A stretch of DNA of 64,000 nt. It comes from Candidatus Obscuribacterales bacterium (GTDB lineage: Bacteria; Cyanobacteriota; Vampirovibrionia; Obscuribacterales; Obscuribacteraceae). Below, in pieces: positions 47,402 through 56,110 of this stretch (within the stretch, counting starts at the first letter, position 1; every line of letters begins with the position of its first letter). A program made the position numbers and the translations under genes. Under the pieces are notes generated by a model. That model did not search any database and was not told where the DNA came from. It saw only the letters and a program-made list of their open reading frames with translations. The stretch is taken from the NCBI GenBank assembly GCA_965228855.1, contig CBDDIJ010000003.1:1728001-1792000 (forward strand), given 5' to 3'.

Positions 47402-50080
47402 TTATCCACGCATTTTCAGAACTGCCACTGCACACGGTGCATGCCTGAGGATGTAGTTTATAGTATGCCCGAAAAATAGCGTCTTGCCGAGCTTCGGTTC
47501 TGCGCCAAGAACAATCAGATCAATGTCATGCTGCTGGGCGGTGAGTATGGCGGCCTGTGCCGGGTGTGAACTTGTTTGAACAAGCATTGATTCAAACTCT
47601 ACGTTTAGCGCGGAAGAGAGTTCCTTCAACGTTGTTTCAATCTCTTCGCTCACATTATGTTGGATCTTTTGCCCGCTCTGAGTCGCCTCGCCGTAAAGAT
47701 CAACGGCGTCGGTTTCTGTAACAAATAGACAAGAGACATTCGCGTTTAACGCCTTAGCCAGTTCGATACCAAACTCTGCGGCGCTGATGCTGAGCTCACT
47801 GCCACTGACCGGAACTAGAACCTTTTTAATATCTCGCCGTTTTTCCGGCGCCGGATCATAAGCGACTAGAACACGAACATCAGTGTTCATGATCACTCCA
47901 TCGACCAGCGGACTGAAAACATAATTCGCGTCGCCCGGCGGTTCATCAGCAGCCAGCACGAGCAGGTCGTAACCGCGCTCGGCTTCCTCCGCAATTTCTT
48001 CAATCAAGTTTTTCCCGACAAGAGTTTTCTCAAGAACACCGACGTGTTTTCTGTCTATGTGCTCCGTTACGCTTGCAAACGGTTTTTGCTCCTTCGAACC
48101 CGGCGTTTTAACCCACAGTGCCGTAGTCTCCATTATTTGAGTCTGCCCGAGACTGTTCAACAGTTTGATTAAAAACAGATTGCGCCCTCTTCCGGAAGTC
48201 GGACAAAGCACTCGCCTGATTGAACTGAGAATTGTCCGAGATTTGCGCTCTTCCTTTTTAATTCGCTCGCGCTCTTCGTCGGAAACTTGAACTTTCGCCA
48301 TCATCATTTTCATCAAAGGCGCTGCAATGCCGGTTGAGAACAGAGATATAAAGATGACGACTGCAAACATATCCTGCGAGATGATACCTAGTGAAAAACC
48401 TAACATCGCAAGAATTAAACCAAGAGAGCCTTTCGCATTAGCGCCGACTCCGATTGAAAGCGACTCCCAGGTCCCCAATCCGACGACCTTACCAGCGCCA
48501 TAGCAGGTGACCAGTTTTAAACCCAGCGCAGCTATTGCCAGCGCAATTGTAATTGACCCCAGTCCCGGTTCCAAGAGCGTACTCAGATTTACGTTCAGAC
48601 CGCTGGAGGCAAAAAATATTGGAGCAAAGAATCCCATCGTCACGATCTCCAGTGGACGAACCACTTTATGGTTGATTACCGGAGCCTGGGACAAAATCAG
48701 CCCAGCAGCAAACGCACCGAGCACGATGTGAACACCAAGGGCTTGTGTGACAGCGGCGCTAGCCAGTAGCAGTACAACCATGGAAGTGATCAATCCTTCC
48801 CGACTCGAGACGTGATCGTTGACCCAGCGTAGTCCCGTGAAGAAGATCGAACGACCGAAGTAAACAACGCTAACGAAACAAATGGTGCCGATGATCGCGA
48901 TCACGACCGGATTCGTGCCACCGCCCTCGGTGCCGGAGAGCACGACAATTATCGCGAGTAGAAGACAACAGAGCAGATCATGAGCCAGAGATGTCGCAAT
49001 GATCAGTTGTCCGATGTCCAACTTCAGCATCTTCATGTCCATCAAAACTTTTGCAACGACGGGTACAGAGGAAGCCGCGAAGACGGTTCCGATGAAAACA
49101 GCAAATGCAAGTCGGTTAGGTGGGTTTCCCATCAAGCTCTCCGGAAGTACAAGAGAGATAATTCCACCTGCTATAAGCGGACCTAGCAACCCTAGAAAAC
49201 CAAAGGACATTAGCGGCTTGCCTAGCCTTTTCAGCATAGCAGTGTCGGTTTCCATCCCGGTCAACATAAGAATCAGCGATACGCCAATCCATGAGATAAC
49301 CTCGATAAGTCTGGATTGAGAACCGTCCCGAGGAAACAGGTTTGAAGATAGATCGGGGAAGAATGCACCGAAGAACGTCGGACCAAGAACAAGCCCGGCA
49401 AGTATCTGTCCGATGATAGCTGGCTGTCCGAGTCGAACCATCAACTCGCCGAACACGAGAGATGCGAATAACAACAGCGAGATTTCTATAAATAGTAGGA
49501 GCACTGCGTGCTCGCTCAGACTGGAGTTGTTTTTCTCAGGCTTTGCCTTGGCGGCGGTACCCTCCCTGGTTCCAGCCTTAGTGGCCGCGATTCTATCTTC
49601 TTCATCCTCCTGCTCACGCACTTCAGTTATGCGCGAGATCAAGCGAGCTCGCCACTCTTCAGCGAGCATTGTCGCTGGCTTTTGAGCCTCAGCGGCGTCC
49701 CATTGCGTGACGGCGACAATCACTTTATCGCCCACGCAGATCACCGGTACACCATCCATACCGGTCTTTATCGTGAGGTCCTCAGGTTTCACCGTGCGAT
49801 CGGTAACTACGTCGTTGATAAACTCATTGACCCGCTCACCTCGTTCCAGCGCCGACATGAAGTGGGTATTGGTGACTGAAAATATCTTCTCCTGCCCAAC
49901 ATAAACGTCGCAAAATTCGAGCAAACACCAGGCCGGCAGAGAGCAAAGGAATTGAACAAGAATTAGAATAGCTGATAAAGAAGCGCTCCAAAGAAGACGA
50001 CGAGGGGCTTTCCGATGAACGCATCGCTCGCCTCGATCCCCTAATCCGTCCACCACTGCGCGTTTTCGAGCCAGACTCAT
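47402..50080 (-). CDS. Cation:proton antiporter (CPA2/Kef-like) with N-terminal extracytoplasmic domain and C-terminal universal stress (USP) domains
   Basis: RLGQPAIIGQILAGLVLGP, SSVPVVAK, HIVLGAF.AG, FFAPIFFASSGL; KKVLVPVSGS, DLIVLG, FFGHTINYILRHAPCAVAV. Start uncertain. Confidence 0.9.
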   Translation of the reverse strand: MSLARKRAVVDGLGDRGERCVHRKAPRRLLWSASLSAILILVQFLCSLPAWCLLEFCDVYVGQEKIFSVTNTHFMSALERGERVNEFINDVVTDRTVKPEDLTIKTGMDGVPVICVGDKVIVAVTQWDAAEAQKPATMLAEEWRARLISRITEVREQEDEEDRIAATKAGTREGTAAKAKPEKNNSSLSEHAVLLLFIEISLLLFASLVFGELMVRLGQPAIIGQILAGLVLGPTFFGAFFPDLSSNLFPRDGSQSRLIEVISWIGVSLILMLTGMETDTAMLKRLGKPLMSFGFLGLLGPLIAGGIISLVLPESLMGNPPNRLAFAVFIGTVFAASSVPVVAKVLMDMKMLKLDIGQLIIATSLAHDLLCCLLLAIIVVLSGTEGGGTNPVVIAIIGTICFVSVVYFGRSIFFTGLRWVNDHVSSREGLITSMVVLLLASAAVTQALGVHIVLGAFAAGLILSQAPVINHKVVRPLEIVTMGFFAPIFFASSGLNVNLSTLLEPGLGSITIALAIAALGLKLVTCYGAGKVVGLGTWESLSIGVGANAKGSLGLILAMLGFSLGIISQDMFAVVIFISLFSTGIAAPLMKMMMAKVQVSDEERERIKKEERKSRTILSSIRRVLCPTSGRGRNLFLIKLLNSLGQTQIMETTALWVKTPGSKEQKPFASVTEHIDRKHVGVLEKTLVGKNLIEEIAEEAERGYDLLVLAADEPPGDANYVFSPLVDGVIMNTDVRVLVAYDPAPEKRRDIKKVLVPVSGSELSISAAEFGIELAKALNANVSCLFVTETDAVDLYGEATQSGQKIQHNVSEEIETTLKELSSALNVEFESMLVQTSSHPAQAAILTAQQHDIDLIVLGAEPKLGKTLFFGHTINYILRHAPCAVAVLKMRG

Positions 50081-50209
50081 TAATACTGTTTCCCTTCGGA
50101 GGCAAACTCCAGACCGTTACACTGATTATATACTTCTACAAAATATGGACTTTGCCCCCTAAAATCGCTGAACTCGGCGTCAGGTCCTAAGCACACTATC
50201 GAGGTCCAG

Positions 50210-51256
50210 ATGAATATTGTTCGCGCTCTGAGTTTTTTCAGTCTGACTCTGCTGATAACTACATCGTCGGTGACGGCACAGACCGTCGACGCCGGCAAGG
50301 AGAAAACGGTTGGCTCTTCGACACAAGCGCAGCCGGCAAAACAAATCAAGGGAAAGGTTGCAACGATTCGATTCACCTCAGATGGAAAACCGACACCAGA
50401 ACAGTTGAAGGAGTGGAACAAACCCATATCAGGATTTCACCCTATTCGAAAGATGATTCGCCCGGTCTGGAAACTGCGCCAGGAGGCGCAAGAATTACAG
50501 GACGAATTGATAGAACTGAAGAAGCCTATGCAAGGCTTACAGCCCGCCTTTTCCAGCATGGAAAGCCGAATGGGCGGCGTAGAATCTCGCATTGATTCTA
50601 TGTCTGTTCAACTTTCCGGTCTTAGCAACAATCTTACTAAACTGTCTTCAGATCTAAACCGAATCAGCGACATCTCGCCTGCAGTAAATAACGTCCACGG
50701 TGATCTCAAAGAAATCGTCAAGCTTCGACAGGACATTCAGGAAGTTTCAAAAGTGACTGCTGAGGTTCGCTCCATCGGCAAGCAAATGAAACAAATTCAA
50801 ACGCCGATCGAAAATCTGCAGAAGCCTATTCGCGAAGTCACAAAACCGCTCAACAACGTTCAATCCCAAGTCACCGCGGTTGGCGAGAAGCTCGACAACG
50901 TAGAATCGCAGGTGGTGGCAATGCAAGGTCGCCTCGACAATCTGGGCAAGCAGATTGAAGACTTACACGCACCGATCAAAAGCGTGTCGGATCCTTTGAA
51001 CTCGGTAAGGATAGAGCTGACCGAATTGAATAACCTATTAGTAGCAGTGGTCGTAGTGACAATCATGTCCGTTATCGCAGCAGCTGTTGGTATCACCGTC
51101 GCGCTCGCTTTAGCCTATCGGTTCAGACATGCCGCTATAGACTTTTTGAGCCGCATTGGTACCGCCCAGCGCACGCGTGGGGTCGACATTATAGACCAGT
51201 TTCAGTCGGAAGAACGCTCAGCAAATCAAGACAATAAAGTATCGAGTCGTAGATAA
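50210..51256 (+). CDS. Exported Pro-punctuated coiled-coil protein with C-terminal membrane anchor
   Basis: GAGG RBS, signal peptide, heptads PIENLQK PIREVTK PLNNVQS, C-terminal TM. Confidence 0.75.
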   Translation: MNIVRALSFFSLTLLITTSSVTAQTVDAGKEKTVGSSTQAQPAKQIKGKVATIRFTSDGKPTPEQLKEWNKPISGFHPIRKMIRPVWKLRQEAQELQDELIELKKPMQGLQPAFSSMESRMGGVESRIDSMSVQLSGLSNNLTKLSSDLNRISDISPAVNNVHGDLKEIVKLRQDIQEVSKVTAEVRSIGKQMKQIQTPIENLQKPIREVTKPLNNVQSQVTAVGEKLDNVESQVVAMQGRLDNLGKQIEDLHAPIKSVSDPLNSVRIELTELNNLLVAVVVVTIMSVIAAAVGITVALALAYRFRHAAIDFLSRIGTAQRTRGVDIIDQFQSEERSANQDNKVSSRR

Positions 51257-51286
51257 ACTGGAGCTTCCGCGCGGTTGACTACCGCA

Positions 51287-53158
51287 TTACTCATCTTTCC
51301 GATAGAGCTCAAACATATCATTCTCTAGTTCTGGGACAGGTCCAGAGTCTAGCTTTTCGAGCTTCTCTCCAATACTTCTTTTGCCCTTCTCCGAAAGGAA
51401 CTTGCAACTGCTCACGTTCAACGAACGCAAAGTTTTCATCTGCCCTAGATATTCAAGAGCTTTATCCGTGATGGGAGTAAATCGGATATCCAGGTCACGA
51501 AGATTCAGCTTCGCCAGCTCCCTGACGTCTGAATCGTTCAACTCAACACCTGAAATTCGAAGCACTCTTAATCGTTTAAGCTTATGCAAATTCTTCACGG
51601 TCTGGCTGGAAATCCGGGTTTGACAGATGCTTAAGAATTCAAGATTTGGAAATAGCTCGAACAAGTGTTTCGCTACGTTGTCGTCGATTTCAACTAAATT
51701 CTTGACGTCGAGATGTTTCAATCTGGGACTTGCGGCAAATTGCATGATCCCCTGGCCCGTCACTTTGCTGTTTTGAAGATCAAGCCATTCAAGTTCTTTA
51801 AGTTGGTTGAGCAGAGGAATAACGTCATCGCCAACGCTCGTCCCCCTGAGTTCCAGCCGTGTCAAAGGCATTCCAGCAGAAACAAGCGCCTCCACGCCCT
51901 TCCGAGTAACATTATGGTTATCGTAGAACCGCAAACAGACAATTGGTTCTCCGGCGATCAGAACAAGATCGTCGTCAGTTACTTGTTCTGAGGCGATATA
52001 CGCACTAGGCGCTTGGTCCGGCATGAACCTCTTGGAGAGCACTTCCCTCACGGCAGTCTCTTTGTTTATGCCATGCGTTTTTTCATGAACTTCTTTAGCC
52101 GCTTCAACAATCGCTTTTGCCTCAAGTTTTGCTTGCCTCTTTGTCTCACGCTTGTCGACATTGATGAGATAAACCGCTGATGCACCAACGCCGAACACAA
52201 CCAACAAGATCACGATTGGGAGAGTAAAATTCCTTCTTTGAGGCTCGATTGTTCTCTGCGGAAGCGGCGTTCGCTCTTTGATTTGCTCAGCAACAGAAGA
52301 TAGTGCGATTCGAAAGTCGACGGCGCTTTCGTATCTGTCGGATTGATTGAAAGCTAGAGCTTTCTGTAATACTTCGTTTACGACGTCATTTGTAGTTTGA
52401 TCCGGTACAACAGACAGAGGGATGTTTAGCGGCGCTCCGTTTAATCGCTCGCCGATGATTTTCATAATATTGAGGTCTTCAAACGGCAATTTACCCAGCA
52501 CCATTTTCAGTATCACTAGCCCGAGCGCGAAGATGTCAGAGCGCTCGCCGGACTCCTCGCCGCGTAGCTGCTCGGGGCTCATGTATAAGATCGTTCCAAC
52601 CGGCTGTCCAGGTCTGGTTAAGCGCCAATCGGTTTCATCCATGTCCACGATACGAGCGACACCAAAGTCGAGAATCTTAGCGGTGCCATCATTGCAAATC
52701 ATGATGTTCCCAGGTTTTAAATCTCGATGAATGACGTCGTTTGCATGAGCGTGCTCAATCGCTATACAAAGTTGCACCCCTATGCTGATTGCCTCTTCAA
52801 CTGATACTCGGCCACGTTCTTCCAATAAGGAGTCCAGGGTTCGACCAGATACTTTCTCCATCACGAGGTAGGGTTCACCGGCTTCGGTGTAACCAAAATC
52901 AAGAACCTGAACTATGTGCGGATTATTGAGCTTGCTAACCGCTTTGGCTTCCTGATGAAACCGCATTACGAGAATTGCATTTTCAAAATTCGGCGGCAAC
53001 AGTTTAATAGCCACCGGTCGGTTAAGATGCCCATCTTGCGCACCAATAACGCGCCCCATACCTCCGCGCCCGAGGAGTTCGAACGCAGAGTAGCGCACGC
53101 ACAAATCTGGTGGCGCGAGATTATCAAGATTTTCGTTTGAGTTCATCTTGTCGGACAC
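51287..53158 (-). CDS. Hanks-type Ser/Thr kinase with TM helix and C-terminal leucine-rich repeats
   Basis: GRGGMG, VAIK, HRDLKPGN, DFG, YMSPEQ; TM LPIVILLVVFGVGASAVYLI; LxxLxLxxTxVxD repeats. Confidence 0.93.
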   Translation of the reverse strand: MSDKMNSNENLDNLAPPDLCVRYSAFELLGRGGMGRVIGAQDGHLNRPVAIKLLPPNFENAILVMRFHQEAKAVSKLNNPHIVQVLDFGYTEAGEPYLVMEKVSGRTLDSLLEERGRVSVEEAISIGVQLCIAIEHAHANDVIHRDLKPGNIMICNDGTAKILDFGVARIVDMDETDWRLTRPGQPVGTILYMSPEQLRGEESGERSDIFALGLVILKMVLGKLPFEDLNIMKIIGERLNGAPLNIPLSVVPDQTTNDVVNEVLQKALAFNQSDRYESAVDFRIALSSVAEQIKERTPLPQRTIEPQRRNFTLPIVILLVVFGVGASAVYLINVDKRETKRQAKLEAKAIVEAAKEVHEKTHGINKETAVREVLSKRFMPDQAPSAYIASEQVTDDDLVLIAGEPIVCLRFYDNHNVTRKGVEALVSAGMPLTRLELRGTSVGDDVIPLLNQLKELEWLDLQNSKVTGQGIMQFAASPRLKHLDVKNLVEIDDNVAKHLFELFPNLEFLSICQTRISSQTVKNLHKLKRLRVLRISGVELNDSDVRELAKLNLRDLDIRFTPITDKALEYLGQMKTLRSLNVSSCKFLSEKGKRSIGEKLEKLDSGPVPELENDMFELYRKDE

Positions 53159-53336
53159 GGAGCTAAACGAATATTGTGAGCGGTTGGACGCAGGCGTTGA
53201 GTTAAACCGTTAATAGTTTATATCAAGTGTTGAACTGATATGGTTTTTCAAGCACAATTTGGACAGTCCGGTCAAATGTCCTGTTTCAACCCACCCCGGC
53301 AATTGTTAGAAACAACTCTGAACCCTGGTAATTGAA

Positions 53337-54578
53337 ATGCACTTCATTGTCACCGCCATTGGTAGCGCCGGCGATATCAACCCGCTGCTGATGATTGCAT
53401 CAGAGATCCGCAGGCGAGGTCACGATGTGGATTTTATAGCCAACGCCTACTTCGAACAAAAAATACTTGCTGCAGAATTGAATTTTCTCGCACTGGGAAC
53501 GCTTGAAGACTACCAACGCGCCGTCGCAGATCCTGAGATGTGGAACCCTAAGAAAGGGTTTCAAGCGGTCTGGCGAACACTGAGAGAAGCTCTTCCCATT
53601 AACACGGATCTTATCGAGAGCCGCCTCAGAAAAGAGACTGTTTTAATCGGCTCCACCCTTGCGTTTGCTAGCCGTATTATTCAGGAGAAGCACGGCAATA
53701 AAGGCTCAACAATACATCTTGCGCCCAGCTGCATAATTTCAGGGCATGAGCCGATGGCGATGCCGGGAATTTACTGGCTGCCCAAAATGCCCCTGGCGTT
53801 CCGCCACTGGATGATGAGCACGATTGATTCCTTCTGGCTGGACGGCGCATGCCGAGAAGATCTGAATAAATTCCGCGCCACACACGGTCTCTCTCCAGTT
53901 AAAAGCATAATGAAAAACTGGATGCATTCGCCCGATCAAGTTATATGCGCATTTCCTGAATGGTATGGAAAACCGCAATCGGATTGGCCACCAAATACGG
54001 TGACGACTGGATTTCCAATCTATGACCGACCGGAAGATCAATCGTTAACACCAGAGCTGGAGAACTTTCTACTCAGCGGAGAAGCGCCTCTGGTCTTCAC
54101 CGCCGGCTCAGCCATGGCACATGCCAGAGAGCATTTTGAAACTGCTGTTGCGGCTACCGAATTGGCAGGCATGCGAGCAGTTCTCGTTTCAGCATATCCG
54201 GAACAGATTCCTACTTCATTACCAGCTAATATCATTCACGTACCCTACGCACCATTCGCGGTGCTCTTCCCACGGGCGGCCGCAGTTCAGCATCACGGCG
54301 GAATTGGAACCAGCGCCCAATGTTTAGCCGCAGGAGTTGCACAGTTAGTTTCTCCTTTTGCTCACGATCAGTTCGACAACGCGTTTCGACTGCGGCGTCT
54401 GGGCGTTGCTAAAGAAGTGAACAGTTTAAACCCGCGAGCATGGTCGAAGGTTTTAAAGGAATTGGCATACGATGAGCAAATAAAGAATGCATGCAGTTAT
54501 GTGAAATCACTCATGAATAGCGGTCCGCGGGCAACTGAGCTGATTGCAGAAGCAGTGGAAAAATTGGGACAAAAATAG
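53337..54578 (+). CDS. GT1/GT-B glycosyltransferase (RhlB rhamnosyltransferase-like)
   Basis: GSAGDINP, LVFTAGS, HHGGIGT, PFAHDQFDNA. Confidence 0.9.
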   Translation: MHFIVTAIGSAGDINPLLMIASEIRRRGHDVDFIANAYFEQKILAAELNFLALGTLEDYQRAVADPEMWNPKKGFQAVWRTLREALPINTDLIESRLRKETVLIGSTLAFASRIIQEKHGNKGSTIHLAPSCIISGHEPMAMPGIYWLPKMPLAFRHWMMSTIDSFWLDGACREDLNKFRATHGLSPVKSIMKNWMHSPDQVICAFPEWYGKPQSDWPPNTVTTGFPIYDRPEDQSLTPELENFLLSGEAPLVFTAGSAMAHAREHFETAVAATELAGMRAVLVSAYPEQIPTSLPANIIHVPYAPFAVLFPRAAAVQHHGGIGTSAQCLAAGVAQLVSPFAHDQFDNAFRLRRLGVAKEVNSLNPRAWSKVLKELAYDEQIKNACSYVKSLMNSGPRATELIAEAVEKLGQK

Positions 54579-54581
54579 TAA

Positions 54582-54608
54582 CCCCGCAGAGCTAACTTGC
54601 CTGCGGGG
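54582..54608. terminator. GC-rich hairpin directly after the glycosyltransferase stop
   Basis: CCCCGCAG..CTGCGGGG; no clear U tract. Confidence 0.45.
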
Positions 54609-54730
54609 AAGAGACCTGAGTCCCTTTTTAAATAATGTGATTCCACAGCCATTCAATACTTTGTTGCAGATACAACTCTGCAGAGTTTGGAGTGGAATCA
54701 CGTTATGCATACTAGAGGGGATGAGTCTTC
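54608..54730 (+). other. Long imperfect hairpin (~120 nt), candidate small RNA or repeat element
   Basis: 54632-54646 pairs with 54692-54706 (15 bp, one G-U), with flanking helices 54621-28/54714-21 and an apical TTGCAGA/TCTGCAG stem. Confidence 0.4.
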
Positions 54731-54807
54731 GAAAAGTTCCAACTCTTGAAAAACTTTTTGAGGAAATCCTTCACGAACCGTTCTCATCACAGGAGCTGAT
54801 GCGAGTT

Positions 54808-55224
54808 CTACAGAGCCGACTCCGCACGCTGTTTGATGTACTGCAGTCTCTTGTCCATGTCCTTCTCTGCTTGCGAATTCAAAATCTGATCTTTGAAGGG
54901 AAACTGCAGTTCAATATCGAGGTTCGCTGTCAAATCGACATCAGTGGTACCACCGTTAGGACGAATAACCCACGCGCCTTCGAACACGGAAAGTTTGTCT
55001 CCCCGCACCAATTTGAAATCGATCCGGCTGAAAGGCGTTTCGGTTTCCTCATAAACAACCTTCGAACTTCCCACCATTGGAAGCCCGCCAAATTCTTCTT
55101 CGACTACGGTCTTCGGTCCTTCCTGGAAGATCACTGATCTGGCCGATGGTTCAGAGGTGCGGTAGCTTATGATTGCGTCCCATACGGCTTGAGGACTGGC
55201 GTTGACTGTGATCGACTTTTTCAT
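54808..55224 (-). CDS. SRPBCC (polyketide cyclase/START-like) protein
   Basis: SITVNASPQAVWDAI, LVRGDKLSVFEGAW, RLQYIKQRAE. Confidence 0.8.
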   Translation of the reverse strand: MKKSITVNASPQAVWDAIISYRTSEPSARSVIFQEGPKTVVEEEFGGLPMVGSSKVVYEETETPFSRIDFKLVRGDKLSVFEGAWVIRPNGGTTDVDLTANLDIELQFPFKDQILNSQAEKDMDKRLQYIKQRAESAL

Positions 55225-55406
55225 GACTTCCCTTAAAGTGCCAAACTGCCATTTTAACCGACTTTCGTAGATCAGTAATCCTCATGAAAGCCCCCAGATT
55301 GGCGGTTTTTACAGAATGCTGCGCAGGAAGCTTAAGAGAGCCTTTCTTTTAGTCAATTCTCACAATCTTGACCTTATATATAAGGAATAAACCAACGAAG
55401 TGCACA

Positions 55407-55872
55407 GTCCGTCAGAGAACTTGGAACGTGGAACGTGGATTTCGATTAAACCCGTAAAAGCTGACCCGGGAGGGTCTCCATCCGAAACACTGCGACAGAT
55501 TCAGCGTCATTAGTTTCAGGTGGATATGCCATAAAAGGCGTAGCCGGCAAGGAGGCCAGGCAGATGGTAGCAAGATTACAGCATTTAAGCCCCAGTATTT
55601 GGGTCTTTCGCCACGATGGCATGAACATGGAGTTCAACTCCCTGGAAGCTGCAATTGCTTATGTGCGCGGGTTTAAGTCCGTTTCGGACTCTTCAAAACT
55701 TCGCTCCCTCTACGGAGAGCGGCTGATAATAAATCCGGCACAAATAAGTGAAACGGCGAATTGCTGCGTCGAACTCCTAGCTAACTGATCCTTTTATTCG
55801 GCTTTCAAAAGAGTAGTAGCAGTCGTTTAAACAGTGAATCCGTCCGGCTTCGCCGGAAATTCCCTGACGGAC
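55407..55872 (+). ncRNA. Candidate highly structured RNA (~465 nt) with paired ends, enclosing a small ORF
   Basis: GTCCGTCAG (55407) pairs with CTGACGGAC (55864); TTAAACCCGT (55446) pairs with GCGGGTTTAA (55667); several abutting local hairpins. Found by eye, no family match recognised. Confidence 0.35.
55564..55788 (+). CDS. Small hypothetical protein (74 aa)
   Basis: AAGGAGG Shine-Dalgarno at 55549-55555, 8 nt before the ATG. Confidence 0.6.
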   Translation: MVARLQHLSPSIWVFRHDGMNMEFNSLEAAIAYVRGFKSVSDSSKLRSLYGERLIINPAQISETANCCVELLAN

Positions 55873-56042
55873 CTCCATATCTTGGCATTTTCATAATTTA
55901 TTTAGATTTCACGCACAATGCCACCATATGCGCTACCATTCGGGCACATTATATGGGTACATCCCATGTAAACTAATCCGAAATTGCAGAGCGCGAAAGT
56001 CTAGATTGGAGCAGCATTAAACGAAATAAACTTCTTCAACTC

Positions 56043-56071
56043 TTGACACCCCACCCACTTGTAAACATGAT
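56043..56071 (+). promoter_or_regulatory. Sigma70-type promoter
   Basis: TTGACA-N17-CATGAT, ~40 nt upstream of ATG 56111. Confidence 0.55.
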
Positions 56072-56110
56072 GGATAAGGGACCCCACGCGAAGCAAAGGT
56101 ATTCCACTCA

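Noticed and set aside
54608..54730. Identification as SRP (4.5S) or 6S RNA
   Set aside because: Lacks the SRP CAGG..GGAA..AGCA motif, and is shorter than 6S with no large central bubble.
54544..55137. 197-aa plus-strand ORF
   Set aside because: Overlaps a recognisable SRPBCC gene on the opposite strand and the hairpin region, with no motifs.
55407..55872. Identification as tmRNA, RNase P RNA, a self-splicing intron or a retron msr-msd
   Set aside because: No tRNA-like ends, no GAGGAAAGUCC, no group II domain V, and no adjacent reverse transcriptase.
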